Of a DNA stretch of 64,000 bases, positions 41,876-57,356 are shown piece after piece (the first letter of the stretch is position 1; the number at the start of each line of letters is the position of its first letter). The position numbers and the translations under genes were made by a program. The notes under the pieces were generated by a model, which was given only the letters and a program-made list of their open reading frames with translations, searched no databases and was not told the origin of the DNA. The stretch is taken from positions 1,364,001-1,428,000 of the forward strand of contig OX597833.1 of NCBI GenBank assembly GCA_951406725.2, given 5' to 3'. This DNA is from Octopus vulgaris. Taxonomy: Eukaryota.

Positions 41876-42424
41876 TGATTATACGAAGAAACCTCCTATC
41901 AATGAATCTCAACGTGAGATTCATTTAACACCAATTAGAGGATTCAATTAACACCAAGCTAATTGTTGATGACTAATATATTTGTTGGAACGTGTGAAGA
42001 ATTAATATATACATATTTCCCTCATATAATTTATTCACTTCTTAATAATGTTAACCTCTAGGAGATAAAAATATCAATTTAGAATTTATTTTCTCGTGCT
42101 CGAAGTGTCATAACGCCGGTTAACTGGTTAACTGGTTAATTGGTTTTCATGGCGTATAAATGATGAAAATAACAACATAACACCGAACAGAACGCTGATG
42201 CATTGCCGTGTTGTAGGTCAGCAATCTCGACGTGAAGAAGCAAGACGATTTCATCGATCTCAATGCTTCAAAGAAGCATAAATTTATTGGTCCTGAAAGT
42301 ATAAAAGGTAAAATTGATTTGGATGAGATTCAGAACTTCAAGAAACGAATGACCTAAAACAAAACATTTTATTCGACGCACTAAAGATTGTTACAACTTA
42401 CCTCCGTACAGGGACAAATCGAAC

Positions 42425-42656
42425 ACAGACAGGTGTTGCAAAGGGTGACCGGTAGAGCGGAGAAGGCGCAAAACCGGAGTGTCATTGCCGAGTCGTTTGT
42501 CTCGGAGGTGTTCCGCGAACCGATCAGCGTAGCGGTGTCCCGTTTGCCCGATGTATAGAGAAGGGCAGAGAGAGCAGGATGCAGTATATTACATAGGTAG
42601 AAGTGCAGGTGAAGGAGTCGGTGCTGTGATAAGGTCGATGATGGGTGCCATGCACG
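42425..42656 (-). pseudogene. Penelope-like element GIY-YIG endonuclease fragment (family 1)
   Basis: Minus strand with one frameshift: DSFTCTSTYVIYCI/CSLCPSLYIGQTGHRYADRFAEHLRDKRLGNDTPV. Confidence 0.85.
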
Positions 42657-42904
42657 CACACATGCATACACGCACACACACACACATATATATAGTTCTA
42701 TATTTAAGAGATGAGGTGTTATGTACATTATTTACATCATTTACAATTGATGTATACTTGTCATCTTTGTTGTAAACACATTTCGCCTGATATACCCTCC
42801 AGTTCTTAACCACAATGCCATATGGCATATTATTATCATTAATAATAATGGTAATAATAATAATAACAATAATAGTAATAATAATAATAATAGTAATAAT
42901 AATA

Positions 42905-42935
<31 letters not shown>

Positions 42936-42962
42936 TGATAATAATAACAACAACAACAACAA

Positions 42963-43091
42963 CATCGAAATATACCTTAGGAATACCAGGTTCGAAATTT
43001 CCCCAAGACACCTAATTAAGGATAAAGGGTATATCAGCCGATACGTTGTGTTAACAACAAACAAGACGAGGACAAATATCCGTCAAATGTA

Positions 43092-43096
<5 letters not shown>
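42963..43096 (+). mobile_element. Short element between (TAA)n and (TA)n with a decayed hammerhead (43008-43051)
   Basis: ACAC-CUAAUUA-A-GGAUA..CAGCC-GAUAC-GUU-GUGU; stem I intact, core mutated. Confidence 0.4.
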
Positions 43097-43160
<64 letters not shown>

Positions 43161-43722
43161 ATACATCTACATGCACATATATGCACCGGTAGCAACCAAT
43201 GTATTCTCTCCTGACAATCGTCGTATCACATAAATAAACAAAAAGCCACATAGATTTCATAGCCACATAGATTTAAATGACTACGGCTGTGAGCATGCGA
43301 GTTCGTTGAGGTTATATTCTCGACAAATTCAATACATCACGTGATACAATTCTTATTGAATTCTTAGCACTCCCGACTAAAATTAACAGCAAAACAAACC
43401 CCTCCAAATCAAAGGTGTGTACAGCTGTCAAAATAAGATTTATTAAGCAGTGATGAACCATCAACATCTTAGTTTCGGAGTACCAAATATTTCATTGTAG
43501 TTAGTAACATTGTATCGTTTGTCGCCACAAAAGTCATTTGATAATAAACGTAATGGTACAATATAACAAACAACAAAGAAAATGGTGTACATGCATGAAC
43601 AAAACATTCACACACTTGTTTATATTTACACGCATAATTGTTTACCTGAAGCCCCCATTAACCTGTTCACATGTTCCTATATGTATATAAATGTATATAT
43701 ACATATATATACATATATATAC

Positions 43723-43900
43723 AGCAGGAGTGGCTGTGTGGTATGTAGCTTGCTTCCCAACCACATGGTTCCGGGTTCAGTCTTACTGCGTGGTACCTTG
43801 GGCAAGTGTCTTCTACTATAGCCTCGGGCCGACCAAATCCTTGCGAGTGCATGTGGTAGACGGAAACTGAAAGAAGCCCGTCGTATATATGTATATATAT
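43723..43900 (+). mobile_element. SINE family A 5' half
   Basis: Head through AAGAAGCCCGTCG, ending in the internal (TA)n. Confidence 0.88.
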
Positions 43901-43902
43901 AT

Positions 43903-44121
<219 letters not shown>

Positions 44122-44607
44122 ATACGTATATATATATATGTATATATATATATGGCTATGTATATGTATATACGTATATATATATATGTATATATATATG
44201 GCTATGGATATGGATAAAATGTATACATACATGTGTATGTGTTTGTGTGTGGGAGGTGTTTGTTATATCTCTATATACCTCTGTGTGATTATGAAGTTTA
44301 CCTGCAAACCATGTGGTCTCGAACTCCGTTTTACAGCACCTTGGGCAATTGTGTCATTTAACCTACTTAGTAAACAAATATCTAACGTACCTCATTTGTC
44401 AAAGACTGAAGCGTTATAACTTGGATTCCAAAGAAACTGATAATTTTGAAACAATTATTTTCTAGAAAATACTGCTGCCGGTGATTTAATTAAGAAAAGT
44501 AAAAAAAGAACTCTGATCTCGTGATCAGAAATCTGTAAAGAATCAGGAAACTGTAACTTCCATTTTATTGGAGAGTCAAAAGAAAATTGTGTCTGATATG
44601 GAATATT

Positions 44608-44731
44608 CTTTGTTCAAATGTTACAAAAATGTTAGAAAATTTTACAAAAATATAACATTTGTTCAAATGTTACAAAAATGTTACAAAAATGTTAGAAAAT
44701 TTTACAAAAATGTAACATTTGTTCAAATGTT
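44608..44731. repeat. Minisatellite with 11-bp subunits (ATGTTACAAAA) in a duplicated ~50-60 bp unit
   Basis: Directly visible. Confidence 0.85.
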
Positions 44732-45474
44732 CTTTCCCAACATACTAAGTCGATGTATATCTCAAACTGTAAATTTTACAACTACGATCACTGGGAAAGG
44801 TCCTTGTTAAGCAAGCTATTGATCTTGTCTTTTTTTCAAAACGTTAAATTGGTATGAAATCAATGGTTACAAAACATCTGTGGCAAGACTGTAAGTCCAG
44901 GAAGTGATAGCAACATTTAAGACCTGTAACTTACAGAAAATATAAATGCAGTCTATAGGAAAATAAGAACCACTGTGAGATATAAAATGCAATGAGTTTT
45001 ACTGCATGGTGTCCGGTAAAGGCCGGAAATATAAAATATATTTATAAAAAGGAATTTCTTCACTACTACCGTAAAATTATCATTTCTTAATTTCACGCCA
45101 CTCCGACGTCATAATGTTAGGCATAAGCGCCATATTCCTCTCCGTGGACTAAAGAAGAAAGGAAGTTGTAGAGTAATGAAATGCTTAGCCAAAGAGCAAT
45201 GCCTAGACACGTACCTTTATACGCACACGTTCATAGATGCACACAGGTACACGAACACAAACGCTTGTGTATGTGCTTCGAGGTGTCTTTGAGAAATTCT
45301 GTGCGCAAAATGCGAAAAGGAAAACGATAACAAGCCATCATACTGACTGAATGGAATGATATAATCAGATGCTCAGAACTCGATATCATAACTTTAACAA
45401 TGGGAATATGACATGCACATATGACACGTCCTACACACTTACATACAACACACACAATCACACACACACACACG

Positions 45475-45508
<34 letters not shown>

Positions 45509-45534
45509 TATATATATATATAGATAGATATGTT

Positions 45535-45579
<45 letters not shown>

Positions 45580-45772
45580 TCATCAATATACGTACATATA
45601 TACACATAAATAATACACACGCAAACATATATATATATATATATATATGTGTGTATATATATGTATATGCATATATATATATATGTACATATGTATTATA
45701 TACATATATGTATATATATATCCATAAATATATATATATATATATGCATAAATATATACATATATGCATATA

Positions 45773-45813
<41 letters not shown>

Positions 45814-45917
45814 GTATATACGTACATGTAACTACGTTTATTTGTGTTTTATAAACACACAGATATACACACAGATAAGTCCTTCTATCAATCACACTCT
45901 GTAACGCTTTTTCTCTG

Positions 45918-45959
<42 letters not shown>

Positions 45960-46131
45960 AAACGTATGAATGTATAGACGCATCTAGACGTACAGAGGTA
46001 TACCTATATGTGTGCACTCGTACTTAACCCTGCTTCCATCAGCGTACACACTTGTGCGTGCACGTAATGTGTACGTCTGTGTATGTGTATTGCAAATATG
46101 TTTTGCGATACAAACAATATATACAATACAT

Positions 46132-46185
<54 letters not shown>

Positions 46186-46350
46186 ATACTTATATATACG
46201 CGCGGTATTATAGTACTTATAACCTACGTGTAACCATTATCGATATCTAACAATATCAAGTGATAAATTATTCGATATCTGGAGATTAAGGAGACAATGG
46301 CATAATTGAAACAGGAAGAAATGCGAACAAAAGGCAAAAACGTACGCACA

Positions 46351-46384
<34 letters not shown>

Positions 46385-46901
46385 TGCACACAAACACTCA
46401 CAGAAATACACTAACACACATACATACACGTGTATATATTCGATATATAAAACGTCTTCATGTCGATAATTCCAGATCGTAGTTTTTCTTTGATGTTATT
46501 ACAATACGTGTTTTCCCTCTTTTTTGCTTCATGTTTTTCGTTGTTGTTCGTGCTGTTGTTACTCAGGTAGTTTAGTGTCATTCGATAGGATTTCTCTCTG
46601 TTCCAACAACGAAAGTATAGCTTTTAGCAATAATTATCTCTGTCTAAACTGGGGATTATGTTCTCGATGTTTGAGGGTGGCGGCTAGAATGTGGAGAGCT
46701 GTCCTATAATTGGATTTGCGGTTTTGTTAAGTATTTTATATATAAACACGCCATATACACACATTCACACACACACAACACACAGACAGACACGCACCCA
46801 AACATAAATATAAATATAGATAGATGCATATATCTACCTATATATATATATAAAACTTAAAGATATGATATATATATATGTTATATACACACACATATAT
46901 A

Positions 46902-47458
<557 letters not shown>

Positions 47459-47592
47459 GTATCAAACTTTTTTCTCAATGAGATGAAAAACCAAGGCTGT
47501 GTAGATTTTAAAACATTTATAAATAAAAGGTCTTACATCTGTTTTTAGGACATTTATTATATCCCTTCATCGGAAACGGTGCTAGGAGATGG

Positions 47593-47897
47593 TTAAGCAA
47601 TAGTTTTACAGATTTGTACAGTTCCAGTGATGGATTGGATCTGTAGTCTTCGAATTTGCTTTCTCCTTTCTGGTCCTGAGAAGCCCAATTTCTCAAGATT
47701 GGTATTTAGGTAGTGTGCTACATATCCCAGGGCCTCCATAATTACAGCTATAAACCTGAAATTGTAATCTGGACAGAGTAACTGCAGATTTCTTAATAGT
47801 TCATCGTAGGTGTTCTCTTTTTCACTGATCTTCTGCTTTATCTTAATATCCACTGGGCTGCTAATTTCTACAACTGTTCACAGTTTCTCTTCTCCAT
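47593..47897 (-). pseudogene. R4/Dong-like restriction-like endonuclease C-terminal fragment, 5'-truncated at (TACA)n
   Basis: [55 protein letters not shown]...TGTVQICKT; E-x-P-x-D...EK..Y..L...GALG-type signature. Confidence 0.8.
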
Positions 47898-48660
47898 GTA
47901 TGTATGTATGTATGTATGTATGCATGCATGCATGCATGTATGTATGTATGTATGTATGTATGTATGTATGTATGTATGTATGTATGTATGTATGTATGTA
48001 TGTATGTATGGAACAACGTGACTCATCGTCATTTTGTTTTAAATGTATATAACCAGACCGTCTCATCAGAAATCTTCCAAATTGTGATGAGACATATTCG
48101 TCCCATACGCCAACGGCTGAGTCGAACTGTTATGAAACATATATAACGCCTGTCGGATGTGTTCAGTGCCACGTGTTTTGTTTTTTGCCGTCGTATATAT
48201 ACACACAATTTAAATGCAAAAATTTTGAATAAACAGAAAAGATCATCGACACCATGTTTTTACAGTATGTTGCTTTAGTAAATAATATTGGTTTTCACTC
48301 AACTTTCGTTTCAGGTGGTATCCATCGTTAAATAATAATTGTTTCTTTTTTCTTCATTCCAATGTGTTCACATTTGCTATAAATTCATTAGGTTGATCGT
48401 TTCATTTAAGATTTTAAATTTCTTTGGCTTCTCTTAGAAATATTTACATTCTGCTTGTCCTATCTTTAAAGTCTGCTACATTAACTCAACATATTCAATA
48501 TTTAGCCATCTTCTGTTTAACTCAATGATTTTGTAAAACCTGTCTTTCTTTCCGTTATCATTTTCTATTACTAAGTTTTAAGGACATTTTATAATTCGTC
48601 GTTCGTTGCCTAATCGCCCCCTCCTTCATTAAAACCTGTTTTCTTTTTATTTATTAAAGA

Positions 48661-49050
48661 CTAGCAGTATCGCCCGGCGTTGCTCGGGTTTGTAAGGGAA
48701 ATAACTATATAAGCATTTTTGGAGATGTAAAGTATAATAGCCATCTCAATATGGCTAACCACAAAGGGGGGTGTTACTGTAGCTTTTTACGTTCTGAGAT
48801 TTAATAATACATTTTTAGAGAGTTACTTCCCTTATATATGCCAAACATGCATTAAAAATGGGAAAAAATGATGGTAATTTTTTTAAAATTGTACACTCAT
48901 CGTAGACGCGTGCTGATACCTAGAAGGGCTCGATATGAATCACGACTATAAGATACCCGGTTTTGGTTAAACTGCACCGCAAAATGTGGGAGTAGTTAGG
49001 AATCTAAATCGTAGGAGACAGACACACAACTTGACTTTTATATATAAAGA
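48661..49050 (-). mobile_element. Non-autonomous Helitron
   Basis: Minus strand A|TCTTTATATATAAAAG ... CCCGAGCAACGCCGGG hairpin ... CTAG|T: 5'-TC, 3'-CTAG, subterminal GC hairpin, A|T target, no TSD. Confidence 0.9.
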
Positions 49051-49186
49051 TAACACTGGTTATCATTTATTCATTCGTTAACTCAGTCAACCTAGTGCGC
49101 ATGCTCGTTGATTACTTTACTGATATTCATTCAGCTTTGCGTTTTCATTCTGCATATTTCAGTATTTTTTTATTTTATATTTTCTA

Positions 49187-49606
49187 GGCGCAGGAGAGGT
49201 TGTGTGGTAAGTAGCTTGCTTACCAACTACACGGTTTCGGGTTCAGTCCTACTGCGTATCACCTTAAGCAAATGTTTTCTACTATAGCTTCGGGCCTACC
49301 AAAGCATTGTGAGTGGATTTGGTAGAGGGAAACTGAAAGAAGCCTGTCTTATATATATATATATATATATATTATCATGTTGTGTGTATGTTTGTGTGTC
49401 TGTTTTTGTCCCCCACCCCCGCCATCGCTTGACAACCGATGCTGCTAGGTTTACGTCCCCGTAACTTAGCGGTTCTGCAAGAAGTTCCGATAGGATGAGT
49501 ACTAGGATTACAAAGAATAACTCCTGGTTTACATTTGCTCGACTAAAGGTGGTGCTCCAGCATAGCCTCAGTCAAACGACTGAAATAAAAAAAAAGAATA
49601 AAAGAA
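49187..49606 (+). mobile_element. SINE family A, older subfamily
   Basis: Diverged full-length match. Confidence 0.88.
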
Positions 49607-49609
49607 TGG

Positions 49610-49850
49610 TGGCACTCGGTCGGTTGCGAAGACGAGGGTTCCAATTGATCCGATCAACGGAACAGCCTGTTCGTGAAATTACCGTGCACGTGGCTGAGCA
49701 CTCTACAAACACGTGTGCCCTTAATGTAGTTCTCGGGGAGATTCAGCGTGGCACAGAGTGTAACAAGGTTGGGCCCTCTGAATTACAGGTACATTAAAAA
49801 CTGAAAGAAAGGGTGAGAGAAAGTCGTGGCGAAAGAGTACAGCAGGGTTC
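49610..49850 (-). mobile_element. SINE family C 3' part
   Basis: Diverged reverse complement of about 36010-36253. Confidence 0.85.
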
Positions 49851-49858
49851 GCAGTAGA

Positions 49859-50259
49859 TACTCTCTTTTACTCTTTTACTCTTTTACATGTTTCAGTCAT
49901 TTGACTTCGGCCATGCTGGAGCACCTCCTTTAGTCGAGCAAATCGACCCCGGGACTTATTCTTTGTAAGCCCAGTACTTATTCTATCGGTCTCTTTTGCC
50001 GAACCGCTAAGTCATGGGGACGTAAACACACCAGTATCGGTTGTCAAGCAATGCTAGGGGTACAAACACAGACACACAAACACATACACATACATACGAC
50101 AGGCTTCTTCCAGTTTCCATCTACCAAATCCACTCACAAGGCATTGGTCGGCCCGGGGCTATAGCAGAAGACACTTGCCCAAGATGCCACGCAGTGGGAC
50201 TGAACCCGGAACCATGTGGTTGGTTAGCAAGCTACTTACCACACAGCCACTCCTGCGCC
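49859..50259 (-). mobile_element. SINE family A, full length
   Basis: Reverse complement of the 2072 copy. Confidence 0.92.
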
Positions 50260-50310
50260 TACATAGACATGCAGAGATAAAGACACACAGTTGTATTATG
50301 ACTGTGGGGC

Positions 50311-50432
50311 TAAGGCGGCAAGCTGGCAGAATCCACAACGTGCAAGTACCTGAGTTCAAATTCCACCGAGATCGAAACACTGGGGGTCAACGTTATCGAC
50401 CATAGCCCTCCGCTCAAATTTCAGGCCTTGTC
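50311..50432 (+). mobile_element. Internally deleted SINE-B2
   Basis: TAAGGCGGCAAGCTGGCAGAATC...GAGTTCAAATTCCACCGAG...AAATTTCAGGCCTTGT. Confidence 0.7.
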
Positions 50433-50744
50433 ATTTATCACTGTGACTCAGAATAGCATTCCCAACGTTTCAGAGAAACCTGGAAAATATGGCTGATCGT
50501 TCTGAGCCTATGATTTGTGTGAGACGAAAGAATTCGAACACAGGACACGTAATCAGGCAACAGATCAATCAACAGTTTTATTTTTTACCTTACACTTGTC
50601 AAACTTGAATTAATGAGATTTTGAGTCAAAACGTAAAGCAAACAAAATGTGGACGAAAGACGACGACAGTTACTGTCGTCTGCATCGCCATTTTTCTTTT
50701 TACTATTCTCAAGGTATATATTTACGCATGCATGTATAAATGCA

Positions 50745-51056
<312 letters not shown>

Positions 51057-51366
51057 ACTCTAAATGTATTTATTTGTCTAACAAAGTCTCCGTCTTGACT
51101 ATTTATCATTTATTCATCTATCCATCATTTAATCTTCTGACAAACTCTACCTCCACACCCATAGAAATATACAAATATATACATATATACTTATATATTT
51201 CTATATCTGTATATATCTACAAATCTGTATAAACACATACGGTATATATAAATAAATACCTACAAACTAGTATATACCCATAAATATCTACCTATATATC
51301 TATCTATCTATCGATATATATATGTATTTATATGAATATTTATATATTTATATATGTATATACATG

Positions 51367-51399
<33 letters not shown>

Positions 51400-51968
51400 A
51401 CACATATATGTATATACATACGTATACATATAATTGCAGGGACACGTGCTTGACATGCATATATATATGTGTGTGTGTGTGTGTGTTTGTGTGTGTGTGT
51501 CCATGTGTGCATGTGTGTGTATATACACATACAAATGTACATGCACACACACATTCACACACAAACATATCTATATATATAGACGGCCCGGCACACACGC
51601 TTCTATACTGCGTAACAGACAAGTGTTTACACGTTAGTAAATGAATATCGCACCATATGAAGGTCCTTTTACATTCGTTTATGTGAAGTTTATTGACCCT
51701 CTTCAGCGTGACATGGAAATATCATTAACGGAAGGCAAATAAAGCTCATCTGAAGCTGTGCTGAAGTGCTCTTAGCAAAGTCAAATTACAAAATACATCA
51801 TGGCGGCGAATGTCGGTAAAACTAGATAAATGCATAGATATCTAAGAAGAAGTATAGGGTGTTATATAGGTAGGGAAAAAATTCAATGGAGTCAGAGAAG
51901 ATGAGACGCATAGATCGATAAATAGATAGATAGAAAAAGATTGGACGAGTGGACATATATATATATAC

Positions 51969-52033
<65 letters not shown>

Positions 52034-52037
52034 TATA

Positions 52038-52068
<31 letters not shown>

Positions 52069-52251
52069 TTCGTTTTTGGATTTGGTTTGCAAGATTCTTT
52101 ATATGAGTTCGTGTGTTGAAGCATATTCTGTTGTGTCTGGGGAGAGTCATTCTCTTTCAGTGCCTTATTATTTAACACACTCACCGGTAAAATTTCCACT
52201 TATTTCTTATTTTTATTTTCTCTAAATTTTCTATTTTTTCTACAACCTTTT

Positions 52252-52286
<35 letters not shown>

Positions 52287-52288
52287 GG

Positions 52289-52565
52289 TCATCATCATCA
52301 TCATCATTGTTTAACGTCCGCTTTCCATACTAGCATGAGTTGAACGATTTGACTGAGGTCTGACGAACCAGATGGCTGCACCAGACTACAAACTGATCTG
52401 GCAGAGTTTCTACAGCTAGATGCCCTTCCTAACTCCAACCACTCCGAGAGTGTAGTGGGTACTTTTACGTGTTACTGGCACGAGGGCCAATCAGGCGGTA
52501 CTGGCAACGGCCACGCTCAAATGGTGCTTTTTATGTGCCACCTGCACAGGAACCAGTCTAGCGGA
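52289..52565 (-). mobile_element. 3' part of a non-autonomous retroelement with a (GAT)n tail (RTE-related)
   Basis: (CAT)n then TGTTTAACGTCCGCTTTCCATACTAGCATG; internal AGGAAGGGCATCTAGCTGTAGAAAC on the minus strand; tail type matches the RTE at 10480. Confidence 0.6.
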
Positions 52566-52734
52566 TATTACTCCTGGATCACCTGTAAAGGACCCGGGTG
52601 TGTAATACTATTAAACTAGCTTTCATTTGGAAGTTAATATATACCCTCATTTAATATTTCTGTGGTGAAGAGCTCTGGGGGCTATTTGTGGGGATGGTGC
52701 AAAGAGTCTCTAATGATATTTGTATTTAGCGATG

Positions 52735-53258
52735 GTAGACTTACCCTTGTGCATGCAAGCGCTGTTTCTCCCTTCCTTCATGTTAGGTAATGGGTGTTGT
52801 GCCTCTAGTATGAAAAATTTTTCATTCATGCAAAGATAACATTTGTTATTTTTTACATAGTACGAAGGTGCAGAGGCGAGGACTTTCCATTCTAAAACGA
52901 ATCTTGTATATTTATCTTTAAGTTCGCAAATATATTTACTTAATCCGGTCGAGTTAATCTTATTTCTATTCCTGAAAGAGTATTATTGTGCGGCTAGTCA
53001 TCGTTGCATTTCATTTTGGGTAGCTCCCATGTATATCTTTTTAGTCGACTGCGTTGTGACAGTGAGCAGATAAATTACATCTTTACTTTTACAGGTATTT
53101 ACAAGGGGACAATTATCTTTATTCCTACAGTCACATAGGTTGTGCTGTGGTGGAGAATTACTTGCTAGTGAGCTGGTGCAGGGTTTATGAAGGCTGATAG
53201 GGCTATCATGTTTCTGAGTCTTGTCGTTACTAAATTTGGGGTGGTCATGGTTAGTCAT
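52735..53258 (-). pseudogene. Penelope-like element GIY-YIG endonuclease fragment (family 2)
   Basis: CDCRNKDNCPLVNTCKSKDVIYLLTVTT...KIYMGATQ...SFRN...STGLSKYICELKDK...LEWKVLASAPSY...KCYLCMNEKFFI, with internal stops. Confidence 0.88.
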
Positions 53259-53273
53259 GTTTATATATGTATG

Positions 53274-53324
<51 letters not shown>

Positions 53325-53920
53325 ACTGTGAGTAGATAGAGAGTGTGAAAGACAGAGGAAAAGGAAAAGAGAGAAATAAAGATGGAGAGACAGAGACAGA
53401 GAGGGAAAGAGAGAGAGAGAGAAAGAAATATATTTATATATATATATAGAGAGAGAGGGGGAGATTTCTCAGTATTTCTATATGGCAACATTGAAATATT
53501 CCCGTAGCTGCCTTTGTTCTCCTACTCGCGAGAGACATTCTGAATCACACATTCTTTATAATTACATTCAGTTAATTAAAATTTCTTCGCTTCCTGTAAC
53601 ATCTATACCAGCAGCCAATTAATCATTTAGTATCATGAAGCAGGCGCCACAGTGTTATATTGAAAATAAATCTTTTAATTTAATTCTTCAGCATCCAGTA
53701 TATTTCAAATTGAAGCTGGCTCAGCCTTCTTCAGGGAAACAGTTCGAAAGCTTTCTTGTCTTGGGCCATGAAAAAGAGCATTTCAGATTAATTTGTTGGT
53801 AGAATCCCCAAGGTAATTTTGTCATAAATATTTGAATAATCTCGTGTCGTGATCGTTAGATATAAGAAGAGATTATAGGTAGATTCCATCCAATTACAAT
53901 ATATATATATATATATATTT

Positions 53921-54285
53921 GTGCCAAATTTTGGCATTGTAAGCTACACCAATGCTAGAACGGGACGACACTGCATAGTGCCAAATTCCTAGCAATGCCA
54001 TCACGCTTCAGGACCAGCTTCTGCAACAGCCTGGGTTTCAAGGGCTCACAGCCTTTTAAAGAGTCTGAGGAACTTGCACAAAGTAGATGTAGGGGTTTTT
54101 AAATCAAAGCTGGACTTCTTCCTGTCGAGAGTCCCAGATGAACCTACCTCACGGCAAGAGGTACAAATGAGAGTAGCTATATCAGACTCCATTCTTCACC
54201 AAGTGCCACATATTAGAGGAGGTTCTTCGTAATAACAGTGTAGCACAAAACGGCGGCGCATCAACAAGAAACAAGAAAAAAAAAA
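53921..54285 (+). pseudogene. CR1/L2-like LINE 3' end
   Basis: NARTGRHCIVP...FCNSLGFKG...LRNLHKVDVGVFKSKLDFFLSRVPDEP; short 3' UTR and A-rich tail. Confidence 0.75.
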
Positions 54286-54297
54286 TATATATACATA

Positions 54298-55195
54298 CAG
54301 ATTGCGATTGATAAATTGACGCCGTTTTATACTTTTAATTTCATGCAGGCGCTTTCTTTGTTTTTGATTTTATCGACTACACAGTATACTAGGGTCAGTT
54401 GGGCACCGTCTGTGAGAAATAAAAAAACACAATGATGCAATTCACTCTGCCAGAAATTTGGAAATGACATACTGTACTGCTTGGCATTTGCACCGGAAGC
54501 ACCACTACGAACATTTCAGAGTGTTTGGGTGTTAATCTGAGGATAGTGCAATCTGAGAACATGTACTGAAAGTGATAAAAATCAAACATCCAGCCAACAT
54601 CTCATGTTATTTGGAGTGATCACTAGCGTAGGAGACATTATGCCTCCATTCATCTTCCCACTCGGCTTCAGACACAACACGAAGGCCTACGTCATGTGAC
54701 TTAAGGAGGGGTGCTGTCCTGAGTCAGGAGGGTGGCTGCTGGAAAAACATGTGTCTTCACCATGCTTCACAAGCTGGACTATGCTCCATGCCACACAAGC
54801 AGAAGAATCCAATCATGGCTGTCAGACACTTTCTGCAACCACATCACCCTTTGCATCTGACCACCTAACTCCTTAGACTGCAACCCCCTTGGTTATTATG
54901 TGTGGGGCGCAGTTGAGCGAGAGACCAACAAAACTCCTTGTAACACCAAAACTGAACTTAGTGCAAGGACTATGGCAGCATTGACCAACTTAAAGAGACT
55001 GTCCAAGAGAGTTGCAGGAGATTCTGAAGTCGTCTGGAGGCCGTGGTTGAAGCAAATGACGATTTTATTGAATAAATTTACTATTTAGTATTTCAAGATA
55101 TTCTTATGTAATTCTGGTAAATATATCTGTTAAAATGAGATATCGGTGTTATTTTCATTTTTGCGTAATCTAGACATTGTTTTTTCACCACACTG
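54298..55195 (+). mobile_element. Internally deleted Tc1/mariner-superfamily transposon relic with DD37D (maT-like) spacing
   Basis: About 54777-54990: DYAPCHTSRRIQSWLSDTFCNHITLCI*PPNSLDCNPLGYYVWGAVER, with 37 residues between the second D and the (mutated) third catalytic position; TA|CAG ... CTG|TA ends with weak TIR similarity. Confidence 0.78.
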
Positions 55196-55492
55196 TAATA
55201 TATATATACATATATGGATCAAGAACCATACAATTCACAAATATTCACATTGATACACAACAACGGCCACACACACACACGTACAGACACACATACACAC
55301 AAATTCACACACACACATACTCACAGATATACGCAAATGTTTATGTACAATGGATGAACACATGCACGCTTAAATCTTTCGGGCTCAGAGCCATGTATGT
55401 ACACTTGACGAAAGTTGAGTTTGTTACTTGAATTCGGTAAGAATCAGCCAAACAAATATGAGCGTCGCGTTTACAATGAATAGAAACATACA

Positions 55493-55902
55493 GGCGCAGG
55501 AGTGGCTGTGTGGTAAGTAGCTTGCTAACCAACCACATGGTTCCGGGTTCAGTCCCACTGCGTGGCATCTTGGGCAAGTATCTTCTGCTATAGCCCCGGG
55601 CCGATCAATGCCTTGTGAGTGGATTTGGTAGACGGAAACTGAAAGAAGCCTGTCGTATATATGTATATATATATATGTATGTTTGTGTGTTTGTGTGTCT
55701 GTGTTTGTCCCCCTAGCATTGCTTGACAACCGATGCTGGTGTGTTTACGTCCCCGTCACCTAGCGGTTCGGTAAAAGAGACTGATAGAATAAGTACTGGG
55801 CTTACAAAGAATAAGTCCCGGGGTCGATTTGCTCGACTAAAGGCGGTGCTCCAGCATGGCCGCAGTAAAATGACTGAAACAAGTAAAAGAGTAAAAAGAG
55901 TA
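55493..55902 (+). mobile_element. SINE family A, full length
   Basis: Match to the 2072 copy. Confidence 0.92.
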
Positions 55903-56284
55903 TACATAGACAGACAGACAGACAGACGGACATACAGACAAACACACAAACGAGCGGATATACAATCCGTAAGAAAGACTGACAGACAGAGACTGAGACA
56001 CAGGAGATGAAAGAAAGAAAAATGAATTTATATTTTGAAAATTTTAATAGTGCCCAACAAATAAGCAAATATTGTCGAGTTAAGATAAACGAAAATAAAT
56101 AATTCATAACTCTCTACTTATATTTACGGAAGTATATTTATTTATTTACATACCACCACATACTTTGTGTGTTTCACTACCGAACAGACGAGCTTCAGTC
56201 GTCAACATCTATAATTTCTTCAACGACAACCAGTTTCCTGTATTTTTGGCCAGAGCACAACTTACGCATATCACACGTGTTTCT

Positions 56285-56311
56285 CTGACGAGCTGTCGAG
56301 CTTGAAACGTC
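56285..56311 (+). ncRNA. Decayed hammerhead-like motif
   Basis: CUGACGA-GCU(gucg)AGC-UU-GAAAC-GUC; two extra nt before GAAA and no clear stem I. Confidence 0.35.
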
Positions 56312-56589
56312 TGCATTTATATAACTTTTTAGTGCCGAACAATTTCTTACACATTAAGAGCGTTTACACGCATGAAGGTATTAATAATATAACGGATATG
56401 TAGCAGTTCTTTCTGGAAGAAATATTCTTATGCAAACACCATTGTCAATTCTTGCACCTAAAGCTGCGGAAATGAAAAAAGGCGTTCCATAATCGAGTTG
56501 AATATATATTATATACGATTGAGGTGTATGCATATTTAAAGGATATATATTTATATATATATGGATACCAGAAGAAGACCTACCGTTTA

Positions 56590-57356
<767 letters not shown>

